Part shown: one piece after another, positions 45,766 to 53,601 of the stretch
How positions within the stretch are numbered: position 1 is the stretch's first letter
Layout of the letters: each line of letters opens with the position of its first letter
From: Tetramitus jugosus
Lineage: Eukaryota; Protista; Heterolobosea
NCBI GenBank assembly: GCA_937625935.1
Contig: OW569350.1
Coordinates: 248,001-312,000 of the forward strand
Direction: 5' to 3'
DNA: 64,000 bases
Program-made: the position numbers and the translations under genes
The notes under the pieces: generated by a model
Seen by the model: only the letters and a program-made list of their open reading frames with translations
Told to the model about the DNA's origin: nothing
Databases searched by the model: none

Positions 45766-48573
45766 TTAAATCTGTGGACATTTTCGTTGGGACTTCAAGA
45801 TTGACAACTTATTGGTAATATCGAGCAGCGGTGGACCATGATGTCGATTTGCTTCTGCTAAGCGACTCATCTCATTCACGATTGTCAATGACTCTTGAAA
45901 ACCGAACCTTTCCTCCATTTTAGCAAGCAGCCCAGATACAAGTCGCGCAAAGAGAGCTGCAAAGTCTGAACCAAAATATTTTGGAAGAGCATCCCCGGAA
46001 ATGTACCTTCCAATCTCATCAATATAATCCATGTAATGCTCCTCATCGGGCACAGGCATGAACCACTCTGTGTTTGTGATTATAAGTCTTGCATAATGAG
46101 CAAACACAACACCAACAGAAAACAGGTCGTTCATTGGACCTATAGTTGTATCTATCTTTCGTGCCGCAAATGGTTTTGTTCCATAGGTTATCCATCTAAA
46201 AGATGTCTGACCCACCTCAAATGTTCTTCCAAAGTTAAAGTCAATCAGTACAGGATCACACAACTCAAACTCTTTTCCTCCTTCATGATTCTTCAGAGTT
46301 GTACCTGCCAGTCGAAACATCACATTGGACAATGAAAGATCGTGGTGAAGCACACCAACAGAGTGAGTTTGTTGTAATCCTTGTAGAATTCCCTTGAAAG
46401 TGCGACAGATGACCTTCTTCTGTTGAAAAACACTTAAACGACGAAATGAATGATCAAAGTAGTCACCGTAAGCGATTAATGGCTCAGTGATAGTTACATA
46501 ACAGAGTGGCGCCACATCATAAGTTTCAACCGTCGTTTTCATCCAATCGGGGAACAAATTGAGGCTGTACACTTTGGATATATTGACATGGTTTAACTCT
46601 TTGATGCGAGCCATTACAGTCTTTTCCCTCGATTCGCCCAATGATATTTTTGCAAATGCACGTCCCTCAGATCTCATGACCATGAATGCATATGTTCGAT
46701 CAGATTTCTCCAACACAGATACTTTGACCAAGTTGAGCTTCCTCTCGATCCTCTGAATGCTGCAATAATAGCTATTCTGAGAGCAATGCACTGATGAATT
46801 AGTTCCTGTATTTGGCGAGTTGTCGTTATTACGGCTTGGTTGCTTCATTTGTGATTTTGGGGGTTCAAAGTCGTGAGATGCATCATCTTTAGTATGGGAT
46901 TCCTCATTTTCGCTCTGATCATCTGGCAGGTTGAAGGATAAAGCACGAGGCGGGGATGCTTTGTGAGTAGCTGTGACACACATTTCTTGGCCATCCTCTC
47001 GCCAAACCACTATAGATTTGGGAAAACTTGCCTCTCCAAATATATAACAGTCACCCTTCGGTGATTGAACGAGAGCAACGATATGCTTACGCATTAAAGC
47101 AAGATGTGCAAGCTCGGTACGAGTATCTTGGCCCCACCTGTGCTCTATCGTACTCAAGTAAGCCTTCAAGGTCTTCACGTCATCGTTGCAGACTTGTTCA
47201 AATAAGGGAGTTAGTCTCAGAGCACGTAACATGTCACTTCTTGTAACAGTGGCTATATCAATGTCACTATCGTAATATTCTGTGGTAGGATTTATGTTTG
47301 GATATGTCCGTTTGGCAGCAGTTGTTGAAATTTTCTTGGCTTTTGCACTGTTCATCCATTTAAACTCGTCCTCTCCTTTTGCAGGTTTATAATGGCTCCA
47401 ATAACTGCAAACTCGATATCCAATTTCCCAAAGGAGCACGAGACAAGCTTTCATATCAGCTGGTTCGTTATACTTGTAAATCTTTGAATGTTGTAAGCGG
47501 TAGTGAACAGCATTCTCTTGATCTTCGCTGACAATTTCAGTTGAGATTGAGAGAATACATAGACCATCAGATCCTGCGAGAATACCATACAACTCCAATT
47601 TCTTGGCGGCTTCACTGCTTAATGACAAATTTTCAATAATATGCTTGAGCATGCATCGCATCTCAAAACACACTTTCATAAAGTCTTTGTGAGCAAATAT
47701 ATTACTACCCATCGCACTACGTTGTACTTCAACGGTAAGCACATAGATGGGAGAAAGAGAATTTTGGGAAACAGATGTGAATGCCTCACTTAATTCTAAC
47801 GTAATATCAGCTCTCAGAAAGTTTTTAGCCTTTGTAGCTAATTGGACCCGATTTTCCTTTAAGTGTAGTTCGATTGTTGGACAATCATACTTTTGATCAC
47901 AGTCGATAATGAATACCTTCGGAATTACTTGCTCCAACGCCCGGACAATCAGAAATCCAACCGTATACGAATGAATTGTTCTCTCAGAGATACCGTGGCA
48001 CTGTGATATCTGGCTAATAAATGAGAAGGTACCACCATGATCTGCCTCTTCAATGTTCTTCCTTGCTTTTTCAAACTTGCCCGAGTGGACGACGTTAGGG
48101 GAACTCTTGGTTTCGATGGAGAATTTCATCAATTCATCAGGATAGTACTTGATGAGCCATGAATTCAAAAATTGTCCCAACACGGTCTTTGAATCAATTT
48201 TTTGATCAGCATTGTGGTTGTCAATGAACGAATCCACATTCTTAAGACTTGGGTTCATGAATGTGTCAGGCGATAATGGAGTTTCTTCTTCAACTGATTC
48301 ATAGAGATTTCTGAGTATGGCAATGTTCAATGTGCTCAACTTGTTTACCATGGCTTGCCGTTCCTGCTCTTCATTTTGAGAGGTTTCCTCAAGTGTGCTT
48401 GCAGTCTTAGTCTTTTTTGCTGGAGGTTCTTGGATTTCTTTTTCATTGGCTATTTCCTTGCGTTTAGTCATTGGTGTGTTTACTGAGTTTTTTGCTGGTA
48501 GATTGGGAGTGTTAACTGCTCGACGCAACGGTGCTGAGTGTTCATCTCTCTTCACAACAGAATTGATATACAC
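45766..48573 (-). CDS. Restriction-endonuclease-like (PD-(D/E)XK) domain fused to a protein kinase (Crinkler-type REase+kinase); first ATG at 48471
   Basis: RADITLEL..VLTVEVQR..HKDFMKV..YGIL (REase-like); AFAKIS, HHDLSLSNVM, LIDFNFG, GTKPFAA, DLFSVG (kinase). Confidence 0.7.
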   Translation of the reverse strand: MYINSVVKRDEHSAPLRRAVNTPNLPAKNSVNTPMTKRKEIANEKEIQEPPAKKTKTASTLEETSQNEEQERQAMVNKLSTLNIAILRNLYESVEEETPLSPDTFMNPSLKNVDSFIDNHNADQKIDSKTVLGQFLNSWLIKYYPDELMKFSIETKSSPNVVHSGKFEKARKNIEEADHGGTFSFISQISQCHGISERTIHSYTVGFLIVRALEQVIPKVFIIDCDQKYDCPTIELHLKENRVQLATKAKNFLRADITLELSEAFTSVSQNSLSPIYVLTVEVQRSAMGSNIFAHKDFMKVCFEMRCMLKHIIENLSLSSEAAKKLELYGILAGSDGLCILSISTEIVSEDQENAVHYRLQHSKIYKYNEPADMKACLVLLWEIGYRVCSYWSHYKPAKGEDEFKWMNSAKAKKISTTAAKRTYPNINPTTEYYDSDIDIATVTRSDMLRALRLTPLFEQVCNDDVKTLKAYLSTIEHRWGQDTRTELAHLALMRKHIVALVQSPKGDCYIFGEASFPKSIVVWREDGQEMCVTATHKASPPRALSFNLPDDQSENEESHTKDDASHDFEPPKSQMKQPSRNNDNSPNTGTNSSVHCSQNSYYCSIQRIERKLNLVKVSVLEKSDRTYAFMVMRSEGRAFAKISLGESREKTVMARIKELNHVNISKVYSLNLFPDWMKTTVETYDVAPLCYVTITEPLIAYGDYFDHSFRRLSVFQQKKVICRTFKGILQGLQQTHSVGVLHHDLSLSNVMFRLAGTTLKNHEGGKEFELCDPVLIDFNFGRTFEVGQTSFRWITYGTKPFAARKIDTTIGPMNDLFSVGVVFAHYARLIITNTEWFMPVPDEEHYMDYIDEIGRYISGDALPKYFGSDFAALFARLVSGLLAKMEERFGFQESLTIVNEMSRLAEANRHHGPPLLDITNKLSILKSQRKCPQI

Positions 48574-48679
48574 CTTGTGTAGTGCCTTGATACAGGCACG
48601 TTTGGTTGAGTCGACGACTCCCTTAATCCTTCCTGAAGTTCCACCCTAAAGTCTTTCTTTTCCCATAGCAACCCGGTTT

Positions 48680-49250
48680 AATGACAAGTTTTCAACAATA
48701 TTCTTGAGCATGCATCGCATCTCAAAACACACTTTCACTTAATTCTAACGTAATGTCAGCTCTCATAACACTTTTAGTCTTTCTAGCTAATTGTGCCAGC
48801 TTTTCTTTTAGGTGTAGTTCGATCGTAGGGCAATTGTACTTTTGGTGGTAGTCGACAATGAACATGTTGGGAATTACTTTCTCAAATACTTTGAAAACAA
48901 GTAATCCAACTGTATACGATTGAATTGTGCTTTCTGATACTCCAGTACACTGTGATACATTGTCAATAAATGAGAAGGTGCTGCCGTGTTCTGTCTCCTC
49001 AATGTACTTTCTTGCTTTTTCAAATTCATGAATAGCATCAGATGAGCTCTTGATTTCCACGTGTCATCTGTTCAATTCATCTGGATAGAATTTGATAAGC
49101 CATGAGTTCAAGAACTGTTGAGTCTTTTGATTAAGTCCTCCTTCATTTGAATTGTGTAAAACAATGATGGAATCAACACAACTACCCATTAGAATGTCAG
49201 GAAAATCTTCCAACAAAAGAATATTGCTTCTTGGGTGTACGAAATTCATC
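48680..49250 (-). pseudogene. Diverged partial tandem duplicate of the REase domain of 45766-48573
   Basis: QFLNSWLIKFYPDEL, FEKARKYIEETEHGSTFSFI, CPTIELHLKE, RADITLELSE; shares CTTGAGCATGCATCGCATCTCAAAACACACTTTCA with ~47644-47678. Confidence 0.9.
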
Positions 49251-49399
49251 GATTTCAGAATAAAACGAGAAAATAATAGTTACTAGCAACAATTTGATTG
49301 AGTTTAAACGTACCACTAACAAACTAACCAAGGAAACTCGCAACATCGCAAGTTTTTTCGCTTTTGTTGAGTTAGGAGGCGACTTCGATGAAATCTAAA

Positions 49400-49999
49400 T
49401 TTTTTTAATACAACCATATCGGTGCTCACTTTATTGTCTCTAATATTCATTAGCCATCGCTCGCAGAGCGGTTGCCCTTGGTCAACATTTTGATTCCCCA
49501 ATGACGCTCGGAGAGCGTCATTGCTGTTGTTTCTCTTTCGTTGTCGTGAATAGGTGGAGGAGAGTCGTGAGACATCTCCGTTTCACACTATTCACGTAAG
49601 TTTTAGCTATCTTATCTGCTGTTGCTGTCTTTACTCCATTTTCTATCAGACCTTGCGCGATGTCGCTGACAGCCTCTGTCTCTACATCCATCTCATTATA
49701 TTCAGCACTTGGTGGGATGTGACTCCAACTTTGCACTTAGGGTACAGGAACTTGAATTCTTTGAGACCCAGTGGCTGTCCATCAACAACTAATTGGTCAT
49801 GGCTGTATATACCTGCTTGGAAAGGCTTCTTGAGCATGCTCAAGTAGATGGTACGTATCTAGCAGGCAGCAATCGTCACATTGGCTTCTTTTGTTGGTAC
49901 TTAGGGTGATGTCATGCGTGTGCATGGGTATTTGACAAACTACAGCCTGTTCCTTTACTGACTCACATTCTCTTCCTGGAATGTTTGGCGAGATGTATG
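49400..49999 (-). mobile_element. Older 5'-truncated non-LTR retroelement copy (ORF2 C-terminus + 3' UTR)
   Basis: T7 at 49400-49406; 3' UTR homologous to 23508-23675; ORF ending LTTLLHLFTTTKEKQQQ*; Zn-knuckle-like CDDCCLLDTYHLLEH at ~49834-49883; candidate TSD ATCTAAA at 49393-49399 and 50000-50006. Confidence 0.75.
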
Positions 50000-50018
50000 A
50001 TCTAAAATAAGGCTATTA

Positions 50019-51331
50019 TTTTTTTTTTTTTTTTTCCATACAACCATGTGTGCTTGTTGCGCAAGCACACGATTGCTCATTTATTGACTTGTTTTGTGAG
50101 TGACGACCCGTAGGGCGTCATTCACTCTTCTTCTCTTGTTGTCCCCGACGGTGCACCTACAGGTTGGAAGAATCACTCTGTTGAGTGGTTTGGTTGATGC
50201 CCTTCATCAAAGGGTGTAACCTTGTAGTAGGACCGTCGATGGACACAGAGCCATCTGTTGTTGTTTTCTTGTTTTGGGCCTTGTTGCTCATCAGATCACC
50301 CAGTGTGATCCTAGCACTCCTCTTCTTGTTGTCATTGAGTTGTGGACTCTGAATCTCCTTTTCGGAGTCGTCATCCACATCCACAATGACTGGTTCGTCC
50401 TCAGTCAAACCATACCTTTTGCGTGCAGCAGCCAGTGCCAATGCAGCAATTTCCTTCTTCACTCTTGCAAACACTGGAGAAGTGGCATTCACTTGCTCCA
50501 GGATTTGCCGATTTTCAGCGCTGAGCTGTACAACAGGCACTGTTGGCAGTGGTGTTGCACTCCTTTGTTTTTCTGCCTCCGTTAGACCAGGAGCAGTACT
50601 TTGTGCAACTTCTGGTTCCGGTATCGGAACCGGTTTGTTGCTCTCTTGACCCTTTGTCTTTGTCAATTCCTTGGTGAGTTCTGTGACCTGTAGACGCAGT
50701 GCGTCAACCACCGTCAGCAGCTCCTCGTACATCTTCGTCAACCTCTTGTTGACAGCCTTGAGAGGATCATGTGGTCTCTCGACGTATCGAGTGACCGTGG
50801 CCTTGACCTTTTGCTCTCCACTGAGCACTGCTCGTGCATAGGTTTCATCACCCATGACCACGAAAGCAGTGTCACGCTTCTTGAGCACACTGGCAACCTT
50901 CTCAGGTCCCAGTAGCTTCTTGATGTCGTCCACTGACATGTTCTTCATGCCATGGACGACCACCTTTCTTGTGCAATCAACACTGCGCTTGGGTGCAGCA
51001 GTGCTGTTGCCAATCCTCCTCTCTTTGTTGAACAACTCAACAAAGTCATAGATGCGGTCACCCTTGACCGTCACCCATGCAACAAAGCGTTGCTGGCCTT
51101 TCCTCTTGATGACCTGGACTCGGTTGAGCCAGTCACCAAACTCCTCTCCTATCTTTCTTGCCAAAGATGACTGAGAGACACCATTACCGTTGCCAGTAAT
51201 GACCACCTCTCTGTCACTTGGCCTAGAGCCTTTCCGTGCAGTGGTCCACACTGCATAACGGCTGTTGCCGTATTCCTTCACCAAATTTGTTGAATCACCA
51301 GACATGTGATTCCGTTTTTTTCTGCGTTTTT
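50019..51331 (-). mobile_element. Young non-autonomous non-LTR retroelement (ORF1 only) inserted 45 bp upstream of tRNA-Thr
   Basis: Perfect 16-bp TSD TAAAATAAGGCTATTA at 50003-50018 and 51332-51347; T17 at 50019-50035; AATAAA on minus (~50080-50085); intact ORF. Confidence 0.93.
50157..51305 (-). CDS. Retroelement ORF1-like protein (putative RRM-like domains + coiled coil)
   Basis: 382-aa ORF filling the element; KVVVHGMKNMSVDDIKKLLG..TAFVVM (RRM-like); LLTVVDALRLQVTELTKELTK (coiled coil). Confidence 0.75.
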   Translation of the reverse strand: MSGDSTNLVKEYGNSRYAVWTTARKGSRPSDREVVITGNGNGVSQSSLARKIGEEFGDWLNRVQVIKRKGQQRFVAWVTVKGDRIYDFVELFNKERRIGNSTAAPKRSVDCTRKVVVHGMKNMSVDDIKKLLGPEKVASVLKKRDTAFVVMGDETYARAVLSGEQKVKATVTRYVERPHDPLKAVNKRLTKMYEELLTVVDALRLQVTELTKELTKTKGQESNKPVPIPEPEVAQSTAPGLTEAEKQRSATPLPTVPVVQLSAENRQILEQVNATSPVFARVKKEIAALALAAARKRYGLTEDEPVIVDVDDDSEKEIQSPQLNDNKKRSARITLGDLMSNKAQNKKTTTDGSVSIDGPTTRLHPLMKGINQTTQQSDSSNL

Positions 51332-51376
51332 TAAAATAAGGCTATTAATAGTTTCTTGTCCTTTTTGGAGTATTCG

Positions 51377-51449
51377 GGCTCCTTAGCACAGGTGGCAGTG
51401 CGCTGTCCTAGTAAGACAGAGGTCACGAGTTCGAGTCTCGTAGGAGCCT
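51377..51449 (+). tRNA. tRNA-Thr(AGT): tRNA-Thr (AGT)
   Basis: Cloverleaf GGCTCCT/AGGAGCC, GCAC/GTGC, CTGTC-CTAGTAA-GACAG, ACGAG-TTCGAGT-CTCGT; T6 terminator at 51456-51461. Confidence 0.97.
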
Positions 51450-51671
51450 AATATCTTTTTTGTTTGCTTTTGGATATTCGAAATCGAACAGTTGACTGAA
51501 ACGTTGTTCAGGAACTCTGAGAACCATCGAAGAAGCAAACCGCCAGAACTGCCCCGCAACAATCATCCATCGTCACACATCCCCCCATTTCCCCACGAAC
51601 AACAACAACAATAACAAAAAACAAACTCAGCATCTATCCTAATCATCCGACCAATCATTTGTTGTTGAAAA

Positions 51672-53561
51672 ATGGGAAATAGTGCCATCCATAAAGCAGC
51701 GGCCAACAATGACATCAAAACCATTGAAAAACTTTGGAACAAGAAGGCAAATGACAAGAAACGGTTGAAACTAGTCAACAAGAAGGCTCCAGACGGTAAC
51801 ACACCCCTACACTATGCCGTCTACTATGTCAAGGGTGACTTACTAGAGGCTGTGCAGTTCTTGGTTGAACACGGCGCCAAAATCGACGCTACAGACAAGG
51901 ACGGAGATACTCCGCTTCATTACGCATGCAAATATGGAAAGAAACAAGTGGCTCAATACTTGTTGGACAAGGGATCAAAAGCCTATACGATGGTTGTCTC
52001 ACCACAATTGGTCGCAAGAGCTCATGGTCATTTCGAGCTCTCTGATATGATCAATGAATTTGCATCGGAGAATTCATTCGAGTCAATGCAGAGGAAAAAA
52101 AAGGTGTTGGACAGGAAGATGACGATGCGACATGAAAATATTATGAATTTGTTTGCAAAGTTGGACGTGGACAAGAATAATTTGTTGTCCAAGAATGAAT
52201 TGTTGCATTTTATGACGCGATTCAAGGAGAGAGCCAGACAGAGCATTGCACTTGACAAGTTGAATGAGGCGATTGAGACGTTTGATGTGAACAAGGATGG
52301 TCATATTGATCGGAGTGAATGGATTGGGTTCATGAATGCGTTCCTGCAGGGATTCGACGAAGATTATATTCATGTCATTTGTCATGCACTGGTCAAGGAA
52401 CCTGTATTTTTAGATGAGAGCAGTACGAGTGCGATTCAATTGTCTTGGACAGGTGCAGATGTCGATGTAGGTGTAGCGTTTTTTGATGAACAACGACTGG
52501 AATCCGAAGGATCACCACTGTGCTATCCAAAGAGACCTGTTGTGATGAGAGAGGCGGTGCGTCATTATGGATCGGAGCAGAAGCGAATCGATTTTCAATT
52601 GTCTCAAATACCTTCTCATGTCCACATCATGATGATTGAAGTACATAGTACCAATCGGTCAAAAGAGTGGTCCTCTACGCTGTCTATCTATCCGTTGGAT
52701 AGCGAACAAAAAACTCTGCAACATCCACTCTATACTGTATCTATTTCGCCGGATGATCACTCCATGGGTCAACCCTTATTTTTCCTGTGTCGATGCACGT
52801 TGACAACAACGGGAACAACGGGAAGAGACGATAGTACTTGTGATAGTGGTGCAAGTACGACTGCTCCTGTGACACCGAACATAACAGCGACAACAACAAC
52901 AGCATCGAATAACATGTGGAAAATTGTGAATATTCTTCCAATCTATGGCCCACCTTACAAGAAGGAGGCAAAGAGTAATCTAAACTCTTTTGAAATTTTT
53001 GACAATTTCCTACAGAAGCGCAGAAATGTTGAAATGAACATTAGGGGCGCTGTGGGCAGAGTGCGCGTCATATCTGCCAAACAATTGACACCTCCTAATC
53101 AAGGTATCATGACTAGTCGGTACAAGATTACATTTATGGATAAGTTAATAGAAATGGGCAAGTCAGTGCACATGACTGTCAGTCCTGAATGGAACGGAGA
53201 CTACAATACGATTTCACACTCGAAAGACTGTGGAGGTATTTACACCTTTTTGTTCGAAGTTGTGGATCACGACAAGATGAAAGAGGATAACTTCATGGGA
53301 CAGGCAACACTCACGGTTGATTTGAACAAGCAGGACCGAGTCGAATTCAGGAATCACGAACTGGTATTGCAGCCAAGGAAGCGAACAGATGTTGTAACTG
53401 GCTCCATATTCGTCGATATTGATCTCAGGTTGAAAGACATGATGGCTCGTGGGTCAAGACATACTTGCGAGCACTTGGATCTTGAGAACGGATCCTTGAA
53501 TCTCTCTGCCCTCAAAACCAGTTCTAGCAAGCAAGACGTGGACGAAATGTCCACACAATAA
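51672..53561 (+). CDS. Ankyrin + EF-hand + TerD-like + C2 domain protein
   Basis: MGNSA (myristoylation-like); DGNTPLHYA and DGDTPLHYAC; DVDKNNLLSKNE and DVNKDGHIDRSE; LSWTGADVDVG; FEVVDHDKMKEDNFMGQ. Confidence 0.82.
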   Translation: MGNSAIHKAAANNDIKTIEKLWNKKANDKKRLKLVNKKAPDGNTPLHYAVYYVKGDLLEAVQFLVEHGAKIDATDKDGDTPLHYACKYGKKQVAQYLLDKGSKAYTMVVSPQLVARAHGHFELSDMINEFASENSFESMQRKKKVLDRKMTMRHENIMNLFAKLDVDKNNLLSKNELLHFMTRFKERARQSIALDKLNEAIETFDVNKDGHIDRSEWIGFMNAFLQGFDEDYIHVICHALVKEPVFLDESSTSAIQLSWTGADVDVGVAFFDEQRLESEGSPLCYPKRPVVMREAVRHYGSEQKRIDFQLSQIPSHVHIMMIEVHSTNRSKEWSSTLSIYPLDSEQKTLQHPLYTVSISPDDHSMGQPLFFLCRCTLTTTGTTGRDDSTCDSGASTTAPVTPNITATTTTASNNMWKIVNILPIYGPPYKKEAKSNLNSFEIFDNFLQKRRNVEMNIRGAVGRVRVISAKQLTPPNQGIMTSRYKITFMDKLIEMGKSVHMTVSPEWNGDYNTISHSKDCGGIYTFLFEVVDHDKMKEDNFMGQATLTVDLNKQDRVEFRNHELVLQPRKRTDVVTGSIFVDIDLRLKDMMARGSRHTCEHLDLENGSLNLSALKTSSSKQDVDEMSTQ

Positions 53562-53601
53562 AAACAAATGTGAAATACAATACAACGTTAATTTTTAATC
53601 T

